Below, piece after piece: positions 37,727 through 46,811 of a stretch of DNA of 64,000 nucleotides. This DNA is from an uncultured Chloroflexia bacterium. GTDB lineage: Bacteria > Chloroflexota > Limnocylindria > Limnocylindrales > CSP1-4. The stretch lies in contig CAVYBU010000003.1 of assembly GCA_963766735.1 (NCBI GenBank), positions 128,001-192,000 of the forward strand, given 5' to 3'. The notes beneath the pieces were generated by a model that searched no databases, was not told the origin of the DNA, and saw only the letters and a program-made list of their open reading frames with translations. The position numbers were made by a program, and so were the translations under genes. How positions within the stretch are numbered: position 1 is the stretch's first letter; each line of letters begins with the position of its first letter.

Positions 37727-38113
37727 ATGAACGAGATCACGCCCGCCATCCCCGGCACGACCGACTCCCCCACCGGTGCCGCCGAAGCCTCAACCGGCTC
37801 CGGCGACGGCGCCGACACCTCCGCCTTCGATGCCCAGCGCCGCGCCACGGAGCTGGCCATCCTGGACGCGCTGCGGGCCGTGGTGGATCCCGAGATCGGT
37901 ATGAACGTGGTCGAGCTGGCATTGATCCGGCAGGTCATCCTCGGCCCCGACTCCACCGAGGTCAAGATGATCCTGACCACGCCGTTCTGCCCCTACGCCG
38001 GCGCCATGATCCAGCAGGTCAAGGAGCAGGCCGAGACCGTGGTGGATCACGACGTGAAGGTCACCCTCCTCGCCGAGCGGTGGGACCCGCGCGATGCGGG
38101 CCTGATGTGGTGA
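37727..38113 (+). CDS. Metal-sulfur cluster assembly factor (DUF59/SufT)
   Basis: ALRAVVDPEIGMNVVELALI, MILTTPFCP. Confidence 0.9.
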   Translation: MNEITPAIPGTTDSPTGAAEASTGSGDGADTSAFDAQRRATELAILDALRAVVDPEIGMNVVELALIRQVILGPDSTEVKMILTTPFCPYAGAMIQQVKEQAETVVDHDVKVTLLAERWDPRDAGLMW

Positions 38114-38141
38114 GCGGGATCCCGGGGCAGGCGCCCGTTCG

Positions 38142-38810
38142 ATGAGCCGTCTTCCGTTCGAGAGTGCCGTGGCCACGGGTCGTGGCGACGACGGCACCAC
38201 CGGCCTCCTGTTCGGCGGGGACCGCGTTCGCAAGGACGACCTGCGCACCGAGGCGTTCGGTACCGTGGACGAGGCTGTCGCCGCCCTGGGCCTGGCCCGT
38301 GCCGAGCTCGGCGAGATGGACCCTGCGAGCACCCCCACGCCCGCGTTCGCCGGCCTCGCAGGCCTCGTGCTGCGGATCCAGAGGGAGCTGTTCGTCGTCG
38401 GTGCGGAGCTGGCCACGGCCCCCGGAGCGAAGGACCGCCAGCGGGACGGCGAGACCCGCGTATCGCAGGCGATGGTGGACGGCGTTGACACCACCCTCCG
38501 CGAGATGGAGGCGGCAATCGAGCTGCCGCGCGTGTTCGTGGTGCCGGGCGAGACCCGCGTGAGCGCCGCCCTCGAGCTGGCCCGCACGCTCCTCCGGCGT
38601 GCCGAGCGTCGCAGCGTGACCCTGGCCCTCCACGACGAGACGCTGGCCGCGGGCCGGCTTCTCCCGTATCTCAACCGCCTGGCAGACCTGCTCTGGATCC
38701 TCGCTCGTGTCGCGGAACAGGGCGAGGCCAGGGAGGCGACCGTCGCCCGTCCGGAGCGCGGCGCCACCGCCGGTTCCCGACCGAATTCGACTGAAAGGAG
38801 CGCACTGTGA
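38142..38810 (+). CDS. pduO: PduO-type ATP:cob(I)alamin adenosyltransferase
   Basis: TGRGDDGTT, AFGTVDE, IQRELF, FVVPG, ARTLLRRAERR, YLNRLADLLW. Confidence 0.92.
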   Translation: MSRLPFESAVATGRGDDGTTGLLFGGDRVRKDDLRTEAFGTVDEAVAALGLARAELGEMDPASTPTPAFAGLAGLVLRIQRELFVVGAELATAPGAKDRQRDGETRVSQAMVDGVDTTLREMEAAIELPRVFVVPGETRVSAALELARTLLRRAERRSVTLALHDETLAAGRLLPYLNRLADLLWILARVAEQGEAREATVARPERGATAGSRPNSTERSAL

Positions 38811-39515
38811 ACAACCCGTCCATCCCCGGTTCCCTGTCCCCGAGCCAGCTGGGCGTCCGCCCGGCGCCAGCCCTGGTCCAGCAGCTGCTGATCGGCGCGT
38901 TCGGGTGGATGTTCGCCGGCCTCCTTCTGACCGCTGGCGTGGCGTACCTCGTCACGACAAATGCGAGCCTCATGGAGACGGTCGGGTCGTACTGGTTCCT
39001 GCTCCTGATCGGCCAGTTCATCCTGGCGATGGCGATCCAGGGGACCATCAACAGGATCTCCCCGACGGCAAGCCTCGCCCTGTTCTTCGTCTACGCCGCC
39101 TCGATGGGTCTCACCATCGGCGTCATCGTCAGCTACTACACCGACCGCCTCGGTCGTGTCGGCGTTCATCTCCGCCGCCGGGATGTTCGGCGCCGCGGCC
39201 CTGTACGGTGCCGTGACGAAGCGGAACCTCTCGTCCATCGGCGGGATCGCGTTCATCGGCATCATCGGGGTCCTGATCGCCTCGGTCGTGAACATCTTCC
39301 TGGCCTCGTCGGCGATCGGCTGGGTCATCTCGCTCATCGGCGTGGCGCTGTTCACGGCCCTCACCGCGTGGGACGTCCAGAAGATCACCCGCGGCGACTA
39401 CGCGGCGTTCGCGGGATCCCAGGAGCGCGCCTCGATCATCGCGGCGCTGCACCTGTACCTGGACTTCATCAACATCTTCCTGTTCCTGCTCCGCCTCCTC
39501 GGCAACAGGGGCTGA
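38807..39515 (+). CDS. Bax inhibitor-1/YccA family membrane protein (one frameshift near 39143)
   Basis: WMFAGLLLT...SYYT in one frame continues TASVVSAF...TAWDVQKI...ALHLYLDFINIFLFLL in another; removing one base at ~39143 restores the frame. Confidence 0.88.
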
Positions 39516-39675
39516 CACCCGCGGCCGGCTCGGCACACGACGGGCCGGAGGTACCCCGTCCGGGCGTGACCCCGCCACCTCCGCGGCGGCCATCCGGCCC
39601 TGACGGGCGTCAGCCCCGTCCCGGAGCATGGCGGTGGACGGGCAGCTCCGACCCGCCGCCAGGGAGGCCGACGCA

Positions 39676-40179
39676 ATGAAGGTGCTCGTGACCGCAGCTT
39701 CGCGGCACGGCGCCACCACGGAGGTGGCTGCGTCCATCGGTTCCGTCCTGGAGGCCGCCGGACTCGAGGTGCACGTCCTGCGGCCCGCCGATGTCTCGGG
39801 GATGGATGGCTTCGACGCCGCCGTCATCGGCAGCGCGGTCTATGTCGGCCGGTGGCTGGAGCCCGCGCGGGACCTGGTGGAGCGGGAGAAGACGGCCCTG
39901 TGCCGGATCCCGGTCTGGCTGTTCTCCAGCGGGCCGATCGGGGACCCGCCCAAGCCCGCGGATGAGCCAGTCGACGCCGCGCCCCTCGCGGAGCTGGTGG
40001 CGGCCCGCGGGCATCGGACCTTCGCCGGGCAGGTGGATCGCAAGCGCCTCGGCTTCGGGGAGAAGGCGATCATGGCGGCGGTTCGGGCGCCGGAGGGAGA
40101 CTTCCGGTCGTGGCCCGAGATCGAGGCCTGGGCACGCGAGATCGCCGCGGCGCTCCTGGGGGTCGGGGCGGCTGTCTGA
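39676..40179 (+). CDS. Flavodoxin-domain (HemG-like) protein
   Basis: ASRHGATTEVA, IGSAVYVGRW, WLFSSGP, GDFRSWPEI; SD GGGAGG. Confidence 0.9.
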   Translation: MKVLVTAASRHGATTEVAASIGSVLEAAGLEVHVLRPADVSGMDGFDAAVIGSAVYVGRWLEPARDLVEREKTALCRIPVWLFSSGPIGDPPKPADEPVDAAPLAELVAARGHRTFAGQVDRKRLGFGEKAIMAAVRAPEGDFRSWPEIEAWAREIAAALLGVGAAV

Positions 40180-40210
40180 GACAGGCGCAGACGCGACCGC
40201 GTCCGCGGCC

Positions 40211-40250
40211 GGAGGAGCGCGGAGGAGCGCGGAGGAGCGCGGAGAAGCGC
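40211..40250 (+). repeat. Intergenic 10-bp tandem repeat
   Basis: GGAGGAGCGC x3 followed by GGAGAAGCGC. Confidence 0.9.
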
Positions 40251-40404
40251 GGACGCGCCGACCCGTCGACGCTCAACCTGTGGCCGGGTGGCCCGCCGAG
40301 ACGGGCCCAACGGCCGTTCGGCGGACGGCGGGTGGTGCGCAAGATGGACCCGCGTCCAACCTGTCGCCGCGCCTAGACGGCGATCGATCGAGGGTCCAGC
40401 AACC

Positions 40405-43005
40405 ATGAGCTTCGACGCGACGGTTGGACGCCAGGCCGACCCGTTCCTCCCGCTGCCGCAGCTGACGGCGGGCGCCGCCCGGACGGAAGCGGAGCGCTGC
40501 CTCTACTGCTACGACGCCGCGTGCACGCGCGCCTGCCCGACCGGGATCGACGTCGCCTCGTTCATCCGCAAGATCGCGACCGACAACATCGAGGGCAGCG
40601 CGCGGACGATCCTCGCAGCCAACCCGCTCGGCGGGACGTGCGGCGCGGCCTGCCCCGTCGAGCGCCTGTGCGAGGGCGCCTGCGTCCGGACGGCCCTCGA
40701 TCGGCCGATCGAGATTGGTCGCCTGCAGCGCTACGCCGTCGAGACGTTCGCCGCCGCCGGCGGCACCTTCTTCACCCCCGGCCCGGAGGCCGGTGTCAGT
40801 GCGGCGATCATCGGAGCCGGACCTGCGGGTCTCGCCTGTGCCGCCGAGCTGCGCCGGGCCGGGATCGGGGTCACGGTGTACGACGCGAACGAGCGGGCCG
40901 GCGGCCTGGGTGACCACGGGATCGTGCCCTGGCGCCTGCCGCGCGAGACGGTGGCGACCGAGGTCGCGCACGTGGAGCTGGCAGGGGCTCGGTTCGTGCT
41001 GGGCTCGGTCGTCGGGCGGGACGTCGAGGCCGAGGCCCTGCTCGCGGGCAACGACGCGGTCGTGGTCGCGGTCGGCCTCGGTCACGGCAAGCGGCTGGGC
41101 GTTCCCGGCGAGGACCTCGAGGGTGTCGTGGACGCGCTCGACCTCATCGGGCAGGCGATCGATGGACAGATCGAGGGCGCGCTGGTCGGTCGCCGGGTCG
41201 GCGTGATCGGTGGCGGCAGCACGGCGTTCGACGCCGCGGCCGCGGCCGTCCGCCTCGGCGCCTCGGAGGTCACGCTCTTCTATCGCCGAGGCGCCGTCGA
41301 GTGCCCCGCCTACCCGCACGCGATCGACCTCGCGCGTTCGCTGGGCGTCGTCATCCGCTGGCTCACGGCGCCCGTGGAGATCCACGGCAGCGGCGGCCAC
41401 GTTCGGGGCGCCGGCTTCGAGGCGATGACGCTCGGCGAGCCCGACGCCTCCGGCCGTCGCCGCCCGCAGCCGGTCGAGGACTCCCGGTTCGAGATCGCGC
41501 TCGACACCGTCGTGCGGGCGGTGGGGCAGGAGGGCCCGACCGGCACCGCCTCGGTGCTCGGTGCGCTCGGCGTTCCCGTGCGGGATGGCGTTGCGGTCGC
41601 GGACCCCGCGACGGGGCAGACTGCCAACCCGAAGGTGTGGGCAATCGGCGACATCACGAGCGGCGGCGCTGAGGTCGTCAACGCGGTGCAGGCGGGCAAG
41701 ATGGCGGCAGCGTCGATCGTGGACGCGCTCGGTATCGAGGGTCCGCACATCGTCCCCGTGCGGACAACCGATTCCACGGTTCCAGGCGTGGACCTGTCCA
41801 CGGACATGGCCGGCATCCGGAGCCCGAACCCGTTCTGGTTGGCCAGCTGCCCGATCACAAACAACGCCGAGATGGTGATGCGTTCGTTTGACGCCGGCTG
41901 GGGCGGCGCGGTCTGGAAGACGATCGGAGAGCCGATCAGGAACGTCACCGCGCGCCTCGGCACGTTCGAGCACGCCGGCCGCCGCCTCGTGGGCATCAAC
42001 AACATCGAGCTCATCAGCGACCGCCCGACCGACGTCAACATCGCCGAGATCCGCGAGGTGAAGAAGCGCTACCCCAACAACGCGGTCGTGATCAGCCTCA
42101 TGGTCGAGGCGAAACGCGAGGCCTGGCACGAGATCCTGGCCAAGTGCAACGACACCGGCGCGGACGGCTACGAGCTGAACTTCGGCTGCCCGCACGGGAT
42201 GAGCGAGCGCGGCATGGGCGCGGCGGTCGGCCAGGTCCCCGACTACGTCCAGATGATCACCGAGTGGGTGATGGAGAAGGCCGCGATGCCGGTCCTCGTC
42301 AAGCTCACTCCCAACGTCACCGACATCCGCTTCCCCGCGAGGGCGGCCCGGGCGGCCAAGGCCGATGGTGTTGCCCTGATCAACACGATCAGCAGCCTGG
42401 TCGGCGTCAATCTCGACACGTGGGCGCCGATGCCCGACGTCAGGGGCAAGGGCTCGCACGGCGGCTACGCCGGTCCGGCGGTCAAACCCATCGCGCTCAA
42501 CATGGTCTCCCAGGTTGCGGCGGATCCGGAGGTCAGGCTCCCGGTCTCCGGCATCGGCGGCATCGAGACCTGGCGCGACGCCGTGGACTTCCTGCTCCTC
42601 GGCGCCACCACCGTCCAGGTCGGCACCAGCGTCATGCACTACGGGTTCCGGCTGATCGACGACCTGGTGGACGGCCTGTCGACCTACCTCGCGGCAAAGG
42701 GTCTCCACAGCCCCGCGGAGCTGGTGGGCAAGGCGCTGCCGACGATCACCGACTGGGGGCACCTGGACCAGGAGTTCCGGCTGCTCGCCCAGATCGATGA
42801 GTCGAAGTGCATCAAGTGCAACCTCTGCTACGCCGCCTGCAACGACGGCGCGCACCAGGCGATCCGCTTCGAGGGCACGAACGGGACGAAGCGCCTGGTG
42901 GTGGTGGACGACTACTGCGTGGGCTGCCGGCTGTGCCAGTACGTGTGCCCGGTCGAGGAGTGCATCACGTTCGAGGAGCTGGAGGGGGCGGCCTCGATCC
43001 ACTGA
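40405..43005 (+). CDS. preA: Single-chain dihydropyrimidine dehydrogenase (PreT-PreA fusion)
   Basis: N-half: ERCLYCYDAACTRACP, IIGAGPAG, IGGGSTAFD, YRRG. C-half: PNPFWLAS, GINNIELISDR, ELNFGCPHGMSERGMG, KLTPN, GPAVKPIAL, two C-terminal 4Fe-4S motifs. One uninterrupted frame. Confidence 0.93.
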   Translation: MSFDATVGRQADPFLPLPQLTAGAARTEAERCLYCYDAACTRACPTGIDVASFIRKIATDNIEGSARTILAANPLGGTCGAACPVERLCEGACVRTALDRPIEIGRLQRYAVETFAAAGGTFFTPGPEAGVSAAIIGAGPAGLACAAELRRAGIGVTVYDANERAGGLGDHGIVPWRLPRETVATEVAHVELAGARFVLGSVVGRDVEAEALLAGNDAVVVAVGLGHGKRLGVPGEDLEGVVDALDLIGQAIDGQIEGALVGRRVGVIGGGSTAFDAAAAAVRLGASEVTLFYRRGAVECPAYPHAIDLARSLGVVIRWLTAPVEIHGSGGHVRGAGFEAMTLGEPDASGRRRPQPVEDSRFEIALDTVVRAVGQEGPTGTASVLGALGVPVRDGVAVADPATGQTANPKVWAIGDITSGGAEVVNAVQAGKMAAASIVDALGIEGPHIVPVRTTDSTVPGVDLSTDMAGIRSPNPFWLASCPITNNAEMVMRSFDAGWGGAVWKTIGEPIRNVTARLGTFEHAGRRLVGINNIELISDRPTDVNIAEIREVKKRYPNNAVVISLMVEAKREAWHEILAKCNDTGADGYELNFGCPHGMSERGMGAAVGQVPDYVQMITEWVMEKAAMPVLVKLTPNVTDIRFPARAARAAKADGVALINTISSLVGVNLDTWAPMPDVRGKGSHGGYAGPAVKPIALNMVSQVAADPEVRLPVSGIGGIETWRDAVDFLLLGATTVQVGTSVMHYGFRLIDDLVDGLSTYLAAKGLHSPAELVGKALPTITDWGHLDQEFRLLAQIDESKCIKCNLCYAACNDGAHQAIRFEGTNGTKRLVVVDDYCVGCRLCQYVCPVEECITFEELEGAASIH

Positions 43006-43028
43006 CCCGATCGCCGGCCTGCGCCCGA

Positions 43029-43053
43029 GGGGAGCGCTCCGATCGCGCTCCCC
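43029..43053. terminator. Hairpin after the DPD gene
   Basis: GGGGAGCGC-TCCGATC-GCGCTCCCC between convergent genes. Confidence 0.5.
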
Positions 43054-43131
43054 AGTGCCCCCGTGACTCCGTGACGCTCGGGTCCGGAGCCGCCGAGTCG
43101 CGGGACGCCGGGCCCGCACCAGCCGGGAGCG

Positions 43132-43746
43132 TCAGGTCGCCTCGACCGGGCGCCCCACCATCCGGGGCTCGGCGGGGATCTCGTACGACCCCTCGAGCGG
43201 CTGGTCCATCACCGGCACGCCGCCCGTCGACGGCATCGACATCCCGTGCGTGGCAAAGGTGCCCGGCACGGTGGCGACGAGGTGCATCCGGAGGTAGCGC
43301 CAGCCCATGTGGTCGAACGCACCGGCGACCTGCGGTGGAACCAGCCCTGCTTCTGCGACGGTGATCAGCTCCGGCCTGTCCAGCTCGTGGAGCATCTCGT
43401 GGAACTGCAGCCGCGCCCGCCCCCCGTCCAGGACGTTGCGCGCCCACTGCGAACCGACGCCCAGCGGCGCCGGGATCAGCACCTCCTCGTCCCGGATCGT
43501 CGGGTGCACCGGGGTGAAGAAGGTGGTGCCGGACTTGCGGCCGACGTGTTCCAGGCAGGCGATCTCGGCCGTCGCGCTGCCCGGGATGTTGTGTTCCATC
43601 AGCCACGGGTTGACGGTGTCGTTCATCCGCTGCCGGAGCCACGGGAACTGGTCCGGGGCGGGTTTCTGAAGCTCCTTCCAGATCCTGTTTGCCGTGATCC
43701 CGATCGCGCCACCTGCCACCAGAAGGGCGAGAGCCTTGCGTGCCAT
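43132..43746 (-). CDS. Ddn-like split-barrel (deazaflavin/nitroreductase family) protein
   Basis: LEHVGRKSGTTFFTPV...GSQWARNVL; N-terminal hydrophobic segment; SD AGGAGG. Confidence 0.7.
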   Translation of the reverse strand: MARKALALLVAGGAIGITANRIWKELQKPAPDQFPWLRQRMNDTVNPWLMEHNIPGSATAEIACLEHVGRKSGTTFFTPVHPTIRDEEVLIPAPLGVGSQWARNVLDGGRARLQFHEMLHELDRPELITVAEAGLVPPQVAGAFDHMGWRYLRMHLVATVPGTFATHGMSMPSTGGVPVMDQPLEGSYEIPAEPRMVGRPVEAT

Positions 43747-43864
43747 CGTGTGACCTCCTTGTCATGCGCAATGGTGGGCGGGCCCACCGTCGAGGCCAAG
43801 TGCCGAATGAACGCCCCGACCGGCGCAGCTTCAGGCTCCGCCCGGGTGCCACTCCAACTCCTCG

Positions 43865-43894
43865 TTGACGCGATTCGCGGAGAAGGTCTAGACT
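43865..43894 (+). promoter_or_regulatory. Sigma70-type promoter of rrf2-sufC-sufS
   Basis: TTGACG-N18-TAGACT. Confidence 0.65.
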
Positions 43895-43895
43895 C

Positions 43896-43920
43896 AATCC
43901 CGAGGAAAACAGTCGGAATT
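43896..43920. promoter_or_regulatory. Rrf2/IscR-like operator
   Basis: AATCCCGAGGAAAACAGTCGGAATT, an imperfect 25-bp palindrome resembling the IscR type-1 motif, directly after the -10. Confidence 0.65.
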
Positions 43921-44004
43921 CCCCGGCGCGGCGGCCTCCTCGCCGCGGGCGTCCCCCTGGGGAACTCCGGCAGCCTCCAGATCGACTCATCTGAGGACCG
44001 AGCC

Positions 44005-44529
44005 CTGACCAACCGCGCGAGCTTCCACGGATCCGGCGCCGTCTCCTTCAGCTCGAAGGGCGAGTACGGCGTGCGCCTGATGGTCCAGCTCGGGCGACGA
44101 TTCGGCACCGGGCCTGCCAGCCTGGCCGAGATCGCGACCGACGAGGATCTGCCGCGCGCCTACCTGGAGCAGCTGGTGACCAGCCTCCGGGATGCCGGGC
44201 TCGTCGTGTCCACCCGGGGCGCCCGGGGCGGCTACGAGCTGGCCTCCGAGCCCGCGACCATCCGCATGAGCGAGATCCTCCGTGCCCTCGAGGGGCCCAT
44301 CGCGCCCATGATGTGCGCTTCCGATGAGCCCGAGCACGAGGAGTGCCTTCGCTCGGCGCGCTGCACCGTGAACCTGCTCTGGATCAGGGTGCGGGACGCG
44401 ATCACCGGGGAGCTCGAATCCATGACCCTCGCGGACTTCGTCCCGGCTCGCCACATCACCCTTGACGCGCGCAAGCCGGCCCCGGCCCCCGCCCCCAAGC
44501 CGGCCCCCTCGGCGGCCGTGGTCGCCTGA
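44005..44529 (+). CDS. Rrf2 family regulator (IscR-like, three Cys)
   Basis: FSSKGEYGVRLM, YLEQL, STRGARGGYEL, ILRALEG, C-x9-C-x5-C; likely CTG start at 44005 behind GAGGA. Confidence 0.9.
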   Translation: MTNRASFHGSGAVSFSSKGEYGVRLMVQLGRRFGTGPASLAEIATDEDLPRAYLEQLVTSLRDAGLVVSTRGARGGYELASEPATIRMSEILRALEGPIAPMMCASDEPEHEECLRSARCTVNLLWIRVRDAITGELESMTLADFVPARHITLDARKPAPAPAPKPAPSAAVVA

Positions 44530-44597
44530 CGCATGCCCCCGACACCGCCCTTTCCAGCCACCGCCCGATCCCGCCAAGCCAACCAGGAGCCAACCTC

Positions 44598-45479
44598 GTG
44601 ACCGACGCGAACGACCGCGAGCTCGTCATCCGCGACCTGAGGGTCGCGCCCGCCGCCAAGCCGGACTTGGAGATCCTCCAGGGGATCAACCTCACCATCC
44701 GGAAGGGCGAGACGCACGCGATCATGGGCCCCAACGGCTCCGGCAAGACCACGCTCTCGTATGCACTGATGGGCCACCCGGCCTACCTGATCAAGGGCGG
44801 CGAGGTCCTCTGGAAGGGCCACAACCTCCTGACGATGTCGGCCGACAAGCGCTCCCGGCTGGGCCTGTTCCTCGCCTTCCAGTACCCGACGGCCATCCCA
44901 GGCCTGTCCGTGGCGAGCTTCGTCCGCAGCGCGCTCAACGCCAGGCTCCAGGGCCTCGACAAGGACCCGGACATCGACCCGACCGACATCACCCGCGGCG
45001 GCGTCTCGATGCTGGAGTTCCGGCGCAAGATGCGCGAGAAGATGGCCATGCTCAAGATGGAGGACGGCTTCGCCGCCCGCTACGTGAACGATGGCTTCTC
45101 GGGTGGCGAGAAGAAGCGCCTCGAGATGCTGCAGATGGCGATGCTGGAGCCGGAGTTCGCGGTCCTCGACGAGACGGACTCGGGGCTGGACATCGACGCC
45201 CTGCGGATCGTGGCCGAGGGCGTCAACGCGATGCTCAACCCCGACATGGGCGTCCTGCTGATCACCCACTACCAGCGGCTGCTCAACTACATCACGCCGG
45301 ACTACGTCCACGTGCTGGCCGAGGGACGGATCGTGACCTCGGGCGGCAAGGACCTGGCGCTGCGCCTGGAGGAGGAGGGCTACGGCCCGATCCTGCGCGA
45401 GAACGGCCTGGACATCGACCTTCCGGACGAGGCCCTGGCGCTGCCGAAGGAGCCCGAGGCGGCCGGCGCCGGCCGGTAG
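44598..45479 (+). CDS. sufC: Fe-S assembly ATPase SufC
   Basis: HAIMGPNGSGK, LAFQYP, VNDGFSGGEKKR, LDETDSGLDIDAL, ITHYQRLL. Confidence 0.96.
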   Translation: MTDANDRELVIRDLRVAPAAKPDLEILQGINLTIRKGETHAIMGPNGSGKTTLSYALMGHPAYLIKGGEVLWKGHNLLTMSADKRSRLGLFLAFQYPTAIPGLSVASFVRSALNARLQGLDKDPDIDPTDITRGGVSMLEFRRKMREKMAMLKMEDGFAARYVNDGFSGGEKKRLEMLQMAMLEPEFAVLDETDSGLDIDALRIVAEGVNAMLNPDMGVLLITHYQRLLNYITPDYVHVLAEGRIVTSGGKDLALRLEEEGYGPILRENGLDIDLPDEALALPKEPEAAGAGR

Positions 45480-45501
45480 GACGCCGAGCGCGACGACGAC
45501 G

Positions 45502-46764
45502 ATGACGACCGAGGTGCACCCGGACGTGGACACGACCCCGCTCGATCCGGTCGCACTCCGGGCGGACTTCCCGATCCTGGACCAGCAGGTACACGGGCAC
45601 CCGCTTGTGTACCTCGACTCCGCGGCCACCTCCCAGAAGCCGCGAGCAGTCATCGAGGCGATCGACGCCTACTACCGCCGTGACAACGCGAACGTCCACC
45701 GCGGCATCTACCAGATGTCCGAGCGGGCCACGGCGGCGTACGAGGGCGCGCGGGAGAAGGTCGCGAAGCTGCTCGGGGTCTCGGACGCGCGCGAGATCAT
45801 CTGGACCCGCAACGCCACCGAGGCGATCAACCTGGTCGCGTACTCGTGGGGACGGCGGAACATCGGCCGGGGGGACGTGATCGTCCTCACCGAGATGGAG
45901 CACCACGCGAACCTCGTCCCCTGGCAGATACTCGCCCAGGAGAAGGACGCGGACCTCGAGTTCATCCCGATCACGGACGACGGGGTCCTGCGCCAGGACG
46001 TGTACGACGTCCTGCTCCGCCTCAAGCCCAAGCTGGTCGCCTTCACCCACGTCTCGAACACGCTCGGGACGATCAACCCGGTGAAGGAGATGACCCGCCT
46101 CGCGCACGCGGCCGGGGCGCTGGTGCTCGTTGACGGGGCGCAGGCGGTCCCGCACCTGCCGGTGGACGTCGCCGAGATCGGCTGCGACTTCTACGTGTTC
46201 AGCGGCCACAAGACGCTGGCTCCCACCGGTTCGGGGGTCCTGTGGGGCCGCCGCGAGCTGCTGGAGGCGATGCCCCCGTTCATGGGCGGTGGCGACATGA
46301 TCCGCGAGGTCCACCTCCGCCGTTCGGAGTGGAACGAGATCCCCTGGAAGTTCGAGGCGGGCACGCCGGACATCTCCGCGCAGATCGGCCTGGGCGTCGC
46401 CGCGGACTATCTCCTTGGCATCGGCATGGACCGGGTGATGGCGCACGAGCAGGAGCTGGTGGCGTACGCGCTGGACATGTTGCCGCGCGAGGTTCCCGGT
46501 ATCGAGCTGTACGGACCGGCTGCCCAGCTCCGCGGCGGCGTCGTGCCGTTCAACCTGCCCGGTGTCCACCCCCACGACGTGGCGCAGGTGCTCGACCGGT
46601 TCGGTGTGGCCGTGCGGGCCGGGCACCACTGCACGATGCCGCTCCACGAGCGGCTGGACCTCGCGGCCACGGCCCGGGCCTCGTTCCAGGTCTACACGTC
46701 GAAGGCCGACATCGACGCCCTCGCCGCCGGGCTGCGCGAGGTGCAGAAGCTCTTCGGCGTCTGA
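45502..46764 (+). CDS. sufS: Cysteine desulfurase SufS
   Basis: YLDSAATSQKP, NVHRG, MEHHAN, SGHK, FEAGTP, HPHD, RAGHHC. Confidence 0.96.
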   Translation: MTTEVHPDVDTTPLDPVALRADFPILDQQVHGHPLVYLDSAATSQKPRAVIEAIDAYYRRDNANVHRGIYQMSERATAAYEGAREKVAKLLGVSDAREIIWTRNATEAINLVAYSWGRRNIGRGDVIVLTEMEHHANLVPWQILAQEKDADLEFIPITDDGVLRQDVYDVLLRLKPKLVAFTHVSNTLGTINPVKEMTRLAHAAGALVLVDGAQAVPHLPVDVAEIGCDFYVFSGHKTLAPTGSGVLWGRRELLEAMPPFMGGGDMIREVHLRRSEWNEIPWKFEAGTPDISAQIGLGVAADYLLGIGMDRVMAHEQELVAYALDMLPREVPGIELYGPAAQLRGGVVPFNLPGVHPHDVAQVLDRFGVAVRAGHHCTMPLHERLDLAATARASFQVYTSKADIDALAAGLREVQKLFGV

Positions 46765-46811
46765 CCTCCGGCGCCCCCTCGTCGCCCGCCCGGATCGGCG
46801 ACAATCCGGCC

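Noticed and set aside
39130-39160. YccA gene as a pseudogene or programmed frameshift
   Set aside because: One extra base explains it and both halves are well conserved.
40273-43119. Long antisense and alternate-frame ORFs (e.g. 948 aa here, 6069-8336, 14814-16724)
   Set aside because: Shadow ORFs expected at high GC; Arg/Gly/Pro-rich with no motifs, opposite well-supported genes.
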